Assembly: GCA_002269645.1 (NCBI GenBank)
Contig: NIVC01002955.1
Coordinates: 1-64,000, forward strand
DNA: 64,000 nucleotides
From: Macrostomum lignano
Taxonomy: Eukaryota
Direction: 5' to 3'
The translations under genes and the position numbers were made by a program. The notes beneath the pieces were generated by a model that saw only the letters and a list, made by a program, of their open reading frames with translations, made no database searches and was not told where the DNA came from. The stretch's first letter is position 1. Each line of letters opens with the position of its first letter. Shown in pieces: positions 36,401 through 48,699 of this stretch.

Positions 36401-38126
36401 TCTACGTGGCCACGGCAGTCCAAGCAGCAACGCTGGTGTCCATCAGCCTGGCCACCATCAAAGCGGCCTCCAACCAAGATGCCACAGTCCAAGCTGCACT
36501 CCATGGCATCTGCGGTCATTGCTGGGACAAGAGCGACCCGAACCTGAGGGGGCTGCACGGCGTTGCCCACGAGTTGTCCGAGCTTGATAGCCTGCTGCTG
36601 CGTCAGGGCCAGATCTTCATGCCAACAGCACTGCGCTACCAATGCCTGCAGCTGGCGCATCAAGGCCACCAGGGCATCAGAAAGATGCTGGATCGCCTTC
36701 AAGCCAAGGTCTGGTGGCCCAGAATGCGAGCATCAGTCGAGTCTCACGTGGCGGCCTGCCTGAGCTGCCAGATCTGCACCCGCGAGACCACGCCGAAGGG
36801 GACGCCGCTCAAGCCGACCGAACTACCGGCAGCGCCCTGGCTGGAGCTCGGCATGGACTTCCTCGGGCCCGTCAACGGCAAGTTGCTGCTTGTCTGCACG
36901 GACCACTTCTCGCGCTTCCCACTGGTCGAGGTCATGTCCAGCACCACCGCCGCCACAGTCATTCGCGTGCTACGGAATTGGTTCAGCATCTTTGGGCAGC
37001 TGATGAAAGTGACGACCAACAACAGCACGCCCTTCGTGTCGGCCGAGTTCAGCAGCTTCCTGGTGGACCAAGGCGCCAGGCACCACTGAATCACTCCGCT
37101 GTACCCACAGGCCAACGGCGCTACGGAAAGGTGCAACCAGGGACTCAACAAGGCCATCCGTGCGGATGTGGCCGAAGGCAGGGACTGGACGGCAGCAATC
37201 AACGAGTACCTGGCCGTGTACAGATGCACTCCGCACAGCGCTACTGGGATTGCGCCCGCCAGCCTTCTGTTTGGGTGGCAGATCACCAACACGATTCTCA
37301 ACCTCCAGCAATCGCAGCCGGTGGACGCGACGAGAGCAGCCATCAAGGACAAGGACCAGCAGTCCAAGGCGAAGATGAAGCACTACGCCGACCAAAGGAC
37401 CAAGGCAGCAGACCATGACATTCGGCCAGGAGACCATGTCCTGCGATGGCTGCAAACCAGACAAAAGGCCGACGCCTTCTATGAGTCGACGCTGTGGGTC
37501 GTGTCTGAAGTGCTCGGCAACTCGCTGGTCATGCAGCGCGACGACACCACCTGCCGCAGGCACGCCACGCAGGTCAAGCGGCTGCCAGAACCACCAGACC
37601 AGCCAGCCAGGCTGGCGCCGCAGCCGCCTGGCATCCCAGGCAGCTCGGACGAGGTGGAGTCGCCGATTGCGGCTCGGCCGCACCCGCGCCAGGCCAAAGG
37701 CAGAGACAAGAACTATAAACAAGCTGATTTGCACATGCACTAATTGACTGTTTGATTTCTTTGCAAACTTTTGTGCGCGCTTCGCTATTTATTTCTGGCA
37801 ATCATGTTGCCTCCAATATTCCTTTTTTTAGTCTAAATCCCTATTATTTTTATTCCACTTGGGGAGAATTGTCATGCCGCAGCCCTGCACTCGCTTGTTT
37901 TTGCTAAACAAGGTGCCCAGCAGTGTGGGGTGCTCACACACTGTACTTAGTTTGTGTACACTGTACCCCCGGCTTTCCTCCCCCCTTTTTATGCCTGTTA
38001 TGCCTATGCGGCCGCACGTGATTGGTCGAGACCTAAAGCCAAAAATATATATCGGCACTCTCGCCCTACTTGGAGGGCCAAGCGTTTTTGCACTGCAAAG
38101 TTGAGACTGACTTCTGAGCCATTACA
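33442..38126 (+). mobile_element. Complete compact Ty3/Gypsy (Mag/K02A2.6-like) LTR retrotransposon, 4685 bp, non-functional
   Basis: 257-bp LTRs (33442-33698, 37870-38126; 13 differences), 5-bp TSD AACAG, a PBS starting TGGCGTCGC at 33700 and a short PPT GGGGAGAA at 37861. Confidence 0.96.
33720..37743 (+). pseudogene. Single gag-pol ORF of the Mag-type element, disrupted
   Basis: Gag RWQDWSANLQRYLVATGI, paired Cys/His knuckles, protease LIDSGA, RT VHDD, RNase H VDAS..ECEALAV..ITDH, and integrase HQGH..CLSC, MDFLGP. Frameshifts at ~33950, ~36050 and ~36240, TGA at 37087, and the second integrase Asp changed to Asn. Confidence 0.92.
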
Positions 38127-39246
38127 AACAGCATAATATCCTTGATAGAATTTTGCTTTGTTGTACATCATACTACTATTTAAAGATATTATAAACAATG
38201 TTGCTTTGCCTTAAAATGCTAAGTTAGGCCTAAGAATTTCAAATAAACTTATTGGAGCAAGGTTAGGCCTACCAAAGGAGAGCTTAACAAAGTTTAGGAC
38301 AAAGGTGCCAGTTTTGGAAAATCTCTGTCTTTATTCCAGTGTTTAATGTTTTAATTTTATACAGTTCCATTTAATTTTTAGCAGTTGTTATATTATTATT
38401 AACAACTGTCTAGTCTCTATATTATTTAAATTTATGTTATTTCTATGTAGACTAAATTTGTCTTTAAATAATAATAAAATATGAAGGTGGCTGCTAAATC
38501 AATTTGTGACTTTTTGAGCTTGTGATGGTGACTGCTAAATGAGTTTTTGGTTATGTGAATTTATTTAGCCTAATATACATCATGCTAGAAAATCGTGGCA
38601 TGCATTTAGTTTGGTCTAAAAATTGTGGCATGCATTAGCATATATTTGGGTATTGCACACCAAAAGTGGCATGTTGGCGTGCTATAGCATGGAATACCTG
38701 GTGTAGAATGTGGCCTGGCATGATAGTGGGGCATGTTTTGTTGAGACAAAAGTTTATGAAAAGACATGGTATTATGAAGACATAAATTCATACTTTTTAT
38801 TTCCAAATTGACAAGTAAATTTTAATGTGCCAAAAAAGAAACATAGTATATTTGCATGCTACAAAAGTTTTTAAAAACATTAAAATGTTAAATGCTTCTT
38901 TTGAAGTGCATTTTTCAATATAAAAAGTTGCATGTTTTTTATAACATATTAGTTTGGCTAATCTATTTGGCACTGGCATGCATCTACTTGGCATTGGCAA
39001 TTGGCATGCATTGGTTCAGAGCATTCTGGCGTGCACTCAACATGATCTGGACTATGGAGTATGGCATGGCCTATGGGCTTAATGGACAACTAACAAGACA
39101 ACTATTAGGGGCCTAGGCCTAGCCATATCAATTATTATAAATATAATATAGCAAAGCAAAAAATATATATGACATCATTTTAAAACAATCAATCTATACT
39201 CATATTGCAAAGATCATTCAAAAATGATTTATAAAACCATGCTTAC

Positions 39247-39412
39247 CATTTAATTTAGCAGTTAGCTCATCAATATGCTTTTCATAGACCTCTGTTTCAT
39301 GTGAATAAGCAGCTAATTCTTTTTTCTGCTTCCAGTTGATATGAATAGTATAAACAAAAACAAATGAAACAAGAATGATAAAGATGGCGATGTTTCGGGT
39401 GTTCATTCTCAT
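39247..39412 (-). CDS. First coding exon of the GOLIM4-like type II Golgi membrane protein (signal-anchor)
   Basis: MRMNTRNIAIFIILVSFVFVYTIHINWKQKKELAAYSHETEVYEKHIDELTAKLN followed by G|GTAAGC (phase-1 donor). YEKHIDELTAKLN resembles GOLIM4 YQQHQESLSAQLQ. Joined to 13082-13752 it gives a 278-aa protein. Confidence 0.75.
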
Positions 39413-40203
39413 TACGGAAAAAATTAACTGTAAGTTGTGATAGAATAGATTGTTTCCTAACTTAAGACAGGAGACAATCTGAATCAGGACAGGACAGTAG
39501 GCCTATGAACAATTTTTTAAGCTTTTTCCTATCCTTAACTTATTATTATTTTTTTTGAAATGAAAATACTGACGAAGAATTTAGTTAAGGATGTGGCAGT
39601 TACCAGCTTACCAGTTAGCGGTCGCAGTGTCTGTCACTACCATTCGATCACTAAAAAAGGATTTCCTCGAATTTTTCAAAGCTGCTATTGATGATAATTT
39701 AATTTTTGTAACGTACTTTTTTGGCAGCTTTTAATTATTTAAATGTGTTTATTTTGTTTAAATTTATAAAAAGTGCTTAGCTTAATAATCTATTGGCTAT
39801 GGTCGATTGTGTTTTTGTTAAACTGCTCAAATTCGCTGTACCGGGTTAAATGATTAGTAGGTTTTTCATATTACCGAATCCAAAACCAGAATCGGTTCGA
39901 AGCTTTTCATATTGTCTGTTCCGTTTTCAGAATCGGTTCCAGAACCGTGATCCGATTCTGGAATTCGGTTTGAGAAATTTTCTACATCTATTTGTCATGT
40001 TTATTTTTTACACTTTTTAACAGTACAAAAAATATATATTTGAAATCGTCAATTTTTTATTATTGATATATTAGTACTCTGTTTTTTGTCATATCCAAGA
40101 CGAAGCAAAGTCAAGGAAAAACAAAATTATATTATAAAGACTGACAAACATAAAATAGGTTCGAAGCTTTTCGATCATTTTCCTACCGATTCTGGTTCTG
40201 GAA

Positions 40204-41680
40204 TTGGAATTATTCTGGTTCTGGAACCAATCTTCGGGAAAAGCCTATAGGAGCAGAGCTTTAATAGCCTTGCTTTTACGCAACAAAAATGCAACAGTGC
40301 AGGAAATTGAAGCACTTCAGTCGATGCTGCCGCAGCAAAGCACTCCAAGTCGAAGAGCAGACAAGATCGACGGTCATGATCTACGCGGTGCATGGCAGCG
40401 ACGAGATCCGAGTCGAGCTTCAACTGGGAAACTGCTCGGAGTCTCTCAGCCTGAATGGTCGACTGCGGCGCCAAAGTTTCTCTGCTCAACGAGGCTACGG
40501 CGAGAAGTCTGGGCGACATCGATTCTGAAGCCATCGGCAGTGCAGCTACGAGCTTACGGTGGGAAGAAGATCGCCGTCGCGGGGCTCGCAACAGTCGGCG
40601 TCGAGTACCGCGGCCAAGAACTGCAACAAGACTTTCACGTCACTAGGTCGGGCGAAAATATCGTCGGCCGCGATCTGATGCAGAAGCAGGGCATATCCAA
40701 GTGCCACTCCAGCCTCACGATGTCAACATCGGAATTGCCAACGTGGACATCTCCAGGGAGTTCCCAGCGGTCTTTGGCGTATTAATCGGTCGATCTCTGC
40801 AGAGAGGAGCGGTGCATTAACCGAGGATCGACACGGCTGTGCCACGGCCAGTGCAGCAGCCGCTGCGCCGCCTGCCACTCGCCAAGCAGCAACAGATTGG
40901 TGAGGAGTTCGACCGTCTGGAGGCAGCAGGCATCATCGAGCGGGTCAACTTAAGCCCATGGATTTCTAATCTGGTCGTAGCGAACAAGAAGGATGGCAGC
41001 ATTCGAGTGTGCATCGACGTGCGCGAAGCAAATAAGTCGCTAATCATCGACCGACACCCGATGCCGCAGCTGGACGAGATCTCCGCGAAGATCAAGGCGG
41101 CCGGCAACCGCATGTTCTTCAAGATCGACCTCAAGGCGGGCTACATGTACATGCAAATGCAGCTACATGAGTCATCACGTGACCTGACGGGGCTTGTACC
41201 GTTACTTCCGGGTGCCGTTTGGCCTAGCGTCTGCTCCGGCGGCCTTCCAGAGGATGCTGGACGACCTGATGGCCCATCTGCCTCACCGTCAACAAGGACC
41301 GGCTCCGCTGCAGCCCCTGCCATGGCCAGATTCGCCGTGGACAGAGATCGCCATCGACATCGTGGATGAACTGCAGGCAGCGCCGGCGTCGTCACGATTC
41401 CTACTGGTCATCACGAATCTGCACAGCAAGTGGCCGGAGGACTTCAAGGTCTGTAAGGTGCTACGCAGCCTGTTCGCACGCTGGGGCCTCTGCGAGAAGG
41501 TCCTCACCGACAACGGACCTCAGTTCGGCGACGCCTTCACCGGGTCCTGCGAGAGCGGGGCATCCAACACCTGAAGACTTGTCCGTACCAACTGAGCACC
41601 AAAGGCCAAACCGAGCGGCTCAACAGGTCCCTGATGGACAGCATTCGAGCGTCTAGAGCCGACAACGTGCCGATCTACCA
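40204..41680 (+). mobile_element. Heavily deleted Ty3/Gypsy internal remnant (gag-PR-RT-IN pieces), no LTRs seen
   Basis: Protease MVDCGAKVSLL..GRDL; RT NKKDGSIRVCIDVREAN..KIDLKAGY..VPFGLASAPAAFQ joined directly to integrase PWPDSPWTEIAIDI..LTDNGPQF. Confidence 0.88.
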
Positions 41681-42742
41681 TAAGTACCATAAGTATGGTA
41701 TAACGTAAATGCTAACTTTATTATTATTATTAGTGTTTTTTACGTATAATGCGGCCACTTTCAGTAGAGTAGTTGAAAAATTAACTGTATAATGTATTAT
41801 TGATCACGTGAAATCTCTGGCGATCTTTAATTTATCGATCCTGTAGTGTTTCTAAGATGACTAAAATATAATAAAGAAACTGTGCGCACCCTGGCACATT
41901 ACTTTCAACTACAACTATTACAACTACGCTCGTATTACAACTATTAACACAAAACAAACCTGTTATCCTTTCTCTCTTCTCTCTTCTCCCATCTTCTCTC
42001 TCCCATTTCGATCTTTTCTCTCTTCTATCTTCTATTCTCTTAATTCGGTCTCTCCTTAAAATTCTCTCTCCTCTCTTCCCTCTACTTTCCACTTCTGGCC
42101 TTGCAGCCAGGTAGAAAATTTTGACAACACCAGCAAAAAAGCTATCTACCCCAGCTCAGCTGGTTGAGTGCATGCAGTTTCATTTTTCAGACGAATTTTT
42201 CTGTGTTAGTATTATCCTAGCTGTCGCAAATACTAGGAGTACCTAATAAATTGATGTAATTGCATTAATTCTGCTAATAATCCATTTGAGAGAACAAGCA
42301 GTAGCACTGTACATGTACCTTAAATTCGCTTTTTCCTGTCTCCAACAGATACTGTACATTGTAAATTGACCCAACAACTTCAACAATGAAAATTCGGTAC
42401 ATTTAAATGTAAGACTTCAGCACAATATTACGTAATAATAATAATAATAACCGAAGGAGGGCTTCGGGCACCCTGGCGCCAACGCCTTCGCGGCGACATC
42501 GTCCCACACTACCAGCGCTGAGGCAATTCTGCCGCCCATTCCGCTGACTCCTGCATGAGCACATGCATGTACTGTACACACGCTCACACAGGGTGTACAT
42601 AGGTACAGCGGCCCTGACTTTCTAAGTGTCAGGCATGTACAAGCTCTCTGCGCCTTGGGGGTTGGCCTTCATAGCAAGGAAAGCTCGTTTCTTAGAAAAT
42701 TTTAGAAGGCAGGTTTTCCCGAAAAAATACACTACGGAGATA

Positions 42743-43268
42743 GGAAGTTTTCATTTTTCAGCACAAAAATTGTTATTGCTTTTAATAGGACGCAGATCCA
42801 GCGTGTTCATCTTTTGATATGTTGTGCCTTTCTTATTGCTCTATCGATATTCGTAAAGCTTTTCGTTCAAAAAATTAGGATTGTATGTTAATTTTTTATT
42901 CTACTTACATTTCCTCTGTAACTAAAAATAATAAAATTGCATTGCACAGCTCCAAATCATTGATTTTATGAATCCATTTTATCATTTGTGCTACGCATAT
43001 TTGTTACACAGTCAGCTAAGAATGATAAAATAGACTCATAAAACCAAAGAGCCGAGCTGTGCTATTTTAATGGTTTTTAGGCACAAGACATGCGCAAATG
43101 TACATATAGAATAAAAAATTAACATACAATCCTAATTTTCTGAACGAAAAGCTTTATAAATATCGATAGAGCAATAAGAAAGGCACAACATATCAAAAGA
43201 TGAACACGCTGGATCTGCGTCCTATTAAAAGCAATAGCAATTTTTGTGCTGAAAAAATGAAAACTTCC
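42743..43268. mobile_element. Foldback element / MITE with ~170-bp terminal inverted repeats
   Basis: 42743-42912 is a near-perfect reverse complement of 43096-43268 around a ~185-bp AT-rich spacer. Confidence 0.8.
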
Positions 43269-43779
43269 CATGAAGCAAGTCGACCGTCCTTGCTTCATAG
43301 CTGTGCAGAATTACACGACAACCCTGAGATCTGGCCAATTTTCGAACACACAAACCCCAAGATAATGTGGCCGTTCGCACCGAATCGAACCATCATGCAG
43401 GAGTCATGTGACGTATATCATAATATGCCACTCTATACATGATTGAAAATAAATTTAAATTGTGCCTAGAGAGACTTTAATGTCAATTTAGTAACCGAAA
43501 ATAGCCCTAAGATTATTAGGCATGACTCCAATTTACATGTAAACTATGGATTAGTCGATTTTGTTTATTTCTACAGGTCTACCAAGTTTATCCATATATA
43601 GTTCTATTATTAGAAATTTTATTGCTAAAATTCGGCAAGCCACTTCCGGGAAGTTGGTTACGAACAGCCACAAATACCTTGATTTCTTGGGTCTGGGTCG
43701 ATAATTTGCATCGAAAACGTTGAAAGCATTTAGGTTGAAAAAGGAACCTAAATTGATCACAGAATTATACGGAACGAAA

Positions 43780-46700
43780 ATGCGTTGGCAAGTTTGTTTA
43801 TTCTTAGTTTCAATTGTTCAAACCGTTTCTCCACTGAGACATAATCCAGTGGATTTTACTGAAGGTAAGTTTACAATTTGTCACTACGAAACTCTCGGGT
43901 GCGGTGAGATCGTGCTTAGATTGAAGAACCTACATTTTGATTTGAGATTCATATGGTAGCTTGGAGAGTCAGATGGTAGCTTGAGAGAGTCAGATGGTAG
44001 CTTGAATTGGGAGAGTCAGATGGTAGCTTCGAGAGTCAGATGGTATAGCTTGAATCGGGCGAGTCAGATGTTAGCTTGGAGAGTCAGAAGGTAGCTTAAA
44101 ATGGGAGAGTCAGATGATAGCCTGGGATAGTCAGATGGTAGCTTGGAGAGTCAGATAGTAGCCTGGAGAGTCAGATGGTAGCTTGAAATGGGAGAGTCAG
44201 ATGGTAGCTTGAAATGGGAGAGTCAGATGGTAGCTTGAAATGGGAGAGTCAGATGGTAGCTTGAAATGGGAGAGTCAGATGGTAGCTTGAATTGGGAGAG
44301 TCAGATTATAGCTTGGGAGAGTCAGATGGTAGCTTGGGAGAGTCAGATGGTAGCTTGGGAGAGTCAGATGGTAGCTTGAAATGGGAGAGTCAGATGGTAG
44401 CTTGGGAGAGTCAGATGGTAGCTTGAAATGGGAGAGTCAGATGGTAGCTTGAATTGGGAGAGTCAGATGGTAGCTTGGGATAGTCAGATGGTAGCTTGAA
44501 TTGGGAGAGTCAGATGGTAGCTTGAAATGGGAGAGTCAGATGGTAGCTTGAATTGGGAGAGTAAGATGGTAGCTTGAAATGGGAGAGTCAGATGGTAGCT
44601 TGAAATGGGAGAGTCAGATGGTAGCTTGAAATGGGAGAGTCAGATGGTAGCTTGAATTGGGAGAGTAAGATGGTAGCTTGAAATGGGAGAGTCAGATGGT
44701 AGCTTGAAATGGGAGAGTCAGATGGTAGCTTGGGATAGTCAGATGGTAGCTTGAATTGGGAGAGTCAGATGGTAGCTTGAAATGGGAGAGTCAGATGGTA
44801 GCTTGAAATGGGAGAGTAAGATGGTAGCTTGAAATGGGAGAGTCAGATGGTAGCTTGAAATGGGAGAGTCAGATGGTAGCTTGAAATGGGAGAGTCAGAT
44901 GGTAGCTTGAATTGGGAGAGTCAGATGGTAGCTTGCGATAGTCAGATGGTAGCTTGGGAGAGTCAGATGGTAGCTTGGGAGAGTCAGATGGTAGCTTGCG
45001 ATAGTCAGATGGTAGCTTGGGAGAGTCAGATAGTAGCTTGGGAGAGTCAGATTGTAGCTTGGGAGAGTCAGACGGTAGCTTGGGATAGTCAGACGGTAGC
45101 TTGGGAGAGTCAGATGGTAGCTTGGGAGAGTCAGATGGTAGCTTGCGATAGTCAGATGGTAGCTTGGGAGAGTCAGATGGTAGCTTGGGAGAGTCAGATG
45201 GTAGCTTGGGAGAGTCAGATGGTAGCTTGCGATAGTCAGATGGTAGCTTGGGAGAGTCAGATGGTAGCTTGGGAGAGTCAGATGGTAGCTTGGGAGAGTC
45301 AGATGGTAGCTTGGGAGAGTCAGATGGTAGCTTGGGAGAGTCAGATGGTAGCTTGAAATGGGAGAGTCAGATGGTAGCTTGGGAGAGTCAGATGGTAGCT
45401 TGAAATGGGAGAGTCAGATGGTAGCTTGAATTGGGAGAGTCAGATGGTAGCTTGGGAGAGTCAGATGGTAGCTTGGGAGAGTCAGATGGTAGCTTGGGAG
45501 AGTCAGATGGTATGCCTACTTGGCTTTTTTTAGTAAGTCAGAGTTTTGAATCTCAGGTGGAAAAAGAAAAAAAAACTGCTGTGCAGAAAATGAAAATGGC
45601 ACAATTTTGATTGACAGCCCAGAGCAGGTGGTGAATCTGTTCCCACTTCCAGATCGCCTGTACATCACTCCGAACAGCATCGCTGACTGCTGGCAGTCAT
45701 CCAGCTACAGCCAATCGGTTCGCGCTGAATCGACCTGTTTTAAAAACTACAACCAACTGACTGTCCCGATTGGTACTAGCAGTTTTTTCCGGTCTGACAT
45801 TGGTTTGGACTGGGTAACTGGAACCGGCGATCATTGGTTTGCAGTTCGATTGCGTCATCGAGAAATTGTGACTTCTGTTACCGTGTGGAATAAAGGTAGA
45901 TGAGCTTGTCACTGCATGCTTTCAAATAAATATTTAAACTTGGCATAGAAGTTACAGCACTAAATTATTATTATTTGATGACTAACTAGACCTGGAGGCG
46001 CCAAATGGTAGATTGAGGCGCCAAATGGTAGATTAAGGCGCCAAATGGTAGATTGATTTGCAAAATGGTAGATTGAGGCGCCAATTGGTAGATTGAGGCG
46101 TCAAAGGGTAGATTGAGGTGCCAAATGGTAGATTGACGCGTCAAATAGTAGATTTGGGCGCCAAATGGTAGATTGAGACGTCAAAAGGTAGATTGGGCGC
46201 CAAATAGTAGATTTGGGCGCCAAATGGTAGATTGAGGCGCTAAATGGTAGATTGACGCGTCAAATAGTAGATTGAGGCGCTAAATGATAGATTGAGGCGC
46301 TAAATGGTAGATTGAGGCGCTAAATCGTAGATTGAGGCGTCAAATCGTAGATTGAGGCGCCAAATGGTAGATTGAGGCGCCAATAGGTAGATTGGGCGCC
46401 AAATAGTAGATTGCGGCGCCAAATGTTAGATTGCGGCGCCAAATGGTAGATTAAGAGGCTCCAACTGGTAGGTCGAGGCGCCAACAGGTAGATTAAGTAT
46501 TAACTAACTTTTGTTGCAGAAACTTTGAGAAATTCTGACCAGCAAGCAAATTTGCTGACCCAATCGGACAACATCGAAGTCTGGCTTTCGTCTAAATTAT
46601 TCGACTTTGGTTCTGAGCACTGCTTTGCAGGAGATCTGCCCCTTGCCATAGAAACTCCCACATGGCACCAGTGCGGAGTCACTAATCTCACTGCAACCAC

Positions 46701-48310
46701 CGTTTTTTGCCACAATTACCAGGTGCGCGACAGTTAATTACTATTTAAAGTACACGTTGAATTTCTATGTCTAACTAAAGTTCTCGCACTTTCGCAGGCT
46801 GTCATGATGCTTCTAAGAAAGCGAGTGATTGACGAGTCCCAAGCGTTAAGGCAAGCCATGAGTTTCACCAACCTGTGGCTGCACAGAATCGATCCTGCCA
46901 GTGAGATTAATTGCTAGTTGCTATGGGTTTTGAGTATATATTAGTATTGTGTCTGTTTAAATCTATCGATCGATCTCTACCTTCTCTCTCCCCTGTCTCC
47001 TTTCCCCTCTCTCCCTCTCAACCTTCTCCCTCTCTCAACTGTCTCCTTTCCCCACTCTCCCTCTCGACCTTCTCCCTCTCTCACCTGTCTCCTTTCCCCA
47101 CTCTCCCTCTCGACCTTCTCCCTCTCTCACCTGTCTCCTTTCCCCACTCTCCCTCTCAACCTTCTCCAACTGTCTCCTTTCCCCACTCTCCCTCTCAACT
47201 TTCTCCCTCACCTGTTTCCTTTCCACACTCTCCCTCTCAACCTTCTCCCTCACCTGTCTCCTTTCCGCTTCCTTTCACCCCTTTTTACCTCTCCTCTGTC
47301 TACCTCTCGCCTCTGTCCATTGCCCCCTATCTTTCTCAGTTTCAAAAAGCATGTTTTGCTTTGCACTATCAGATCCTCCAATAAGGCTGTACCAACCAAA
47401 AGACGAGTTATCAGCAAACTGCAACAGCTCAGCTCAAAAAAATAAATCGCGGTTCCTTCTTGAGTATCCGCGAATCCATCGTGGCCAAATTGAACGAACT
47501 TGCGTGGCTGCGAGCCCTACCGATTTGAAATCTCAGTTGCAACTGAAATTTGAATCCAGTACAATCTTGAACGGAAGCACATACTCAGAGCAGTTGTCAT
47601 GTACTAATTGTCCATTAATTGTACATCACCTGGAGTGCAGCATTGTCCAGAGAAATTTTACCGGTGACGAAATTTGGAGAGTAACTAAGAGTTTAAAAAA
47701 TATTGTTAGGACATGCAGCTCAGGTAAGTAGTGGTCTGTTCTATTGAGAACCCCTATATTAAATGTATTGTTTATCGAACTCATTCAGAGCCTCTTTGGA
47801 AGTTAAATTAACACCCAAGACAAACTTTAATTAGCTACCTGTAACTGCAAATTGACGACACGGAAATACTTCTTCAAAAGTATACTTAAAAACACTTGTA
47901 GAGTAGCTACACCTCAAAAAATTACCTAAAAGTACACTTACAAACACTTACTTAAAAGTACACTTACATGTACATCACGTCATCACTTAATTAAATGTGC
48001 ACTTTCAAGCTTATTTTAAAGTACAACTTAATTAAATTAGATTTTTTTGTTAATTATTTGCAGACTCGCATTCAGTCAGCGTAAAGCAAATTTTGCTAAT
48101 TGGTTTTGGATCAATTGTTATTTTAATTACGACTTATTTTATTGTGGTGCTCGTTCGTAAGAGGGTAAATATTTGACCTTTATTGTTACTTGAACATTAC
48201 ATACATGTGTATGTGTATTGCTAGAACAGAAGACTTCATTTCTTTCGAACAAATATTTCTGTCGTATTTTAGAACGAGTACCCGAGCGATTCGACTGCCA
48301 TCGAAAATAA
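43780..48310 (+). CDS. Six-exon gene for a secreted Cys-rich protein (~366 aa) with an N-terminal F-type-lectin/discoidin-like domain
   Basis: Exons 43780-43864, 45623-45895, 46520-46722, 46798-46900, 47373-47723 and 48225-48310 all have GT..AG junctions with matching phases (1,1,0,1,1), totalling 1101 nt with a terminal TAA. Signal peptide MRWQVCLFLVSIVQTVSP; CWQSSSY...HWFAVRL..EIVTSVTVWN...IEVWL pattern. The last exon is the least certain. Confidence 0.7.
43957..45510. repeat. Minisatellite of interspersed 21-bp and 26-bp units
   Basis: GGGAGAGTCAGATGGTAGCTT with an optional GAAAT/GAATT extension; fills intron 1 of the secreted-protein gene. Confidence 0.96.
45993..46497. repeat. 20-bp minisatellite, ~25 copies
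   Basis: Unit GAGGCGCCAAATGGTAGATT; intron 2. Confidence 0.93.
46975..47340. repeat. CT-rich ~40-bp imperfect tandem repeat
   Basis: Copies of CACCTGTCTCCTTTCCCCACTCTCCCTCTCAACCTTCTCC; intron 4. Confidence 0.85.
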
Positions 48311-48699
48311 CAAAGCTCAATTTCCGTCTAAAACAGACCGGCCGATCAGTTCCTCGCGCAGACCCAGAAGTTTCTACGTGTTTTGACGAGCGTAAAAATC
48401 CCCATAGACACTATTTTTTGACGTGTAAAACTTTTGCAAAAGACTGTAAAGCACACATTTTTAAAACTCTGTGTGTTATTTTTTCATTATTTTTATTCAT
48501 TGCAACTTATTGCAGACTACATATGCATTGGGTGACTGTTTATCCTGTTTATATTCAGTGCTATTGTACAATAATTTATCCACAGTAATTACATATGTAG
48601 TTAACAATAATTCTTTTTCAATTATTCAGTTGATAAAAATGTTGCTATTTGTTTTTTTAAATTCTTTTTTATTAATAATAACCCAGTTAAGTAGTTACT

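Noticed and set aside
19696-37801. Numerous antisense and alternative-frame ORFs overlapping gag-pol regions
   Set aside because: Expected shadows of GC-rich coding sequence, with no recognisable motifs.
40426-40432. Second GGGAAAC heptamer
   Set aside because: It lies within protease-coding sequence of a decayed Mag-type remnant, with no overlapping -1 ORF architecture.
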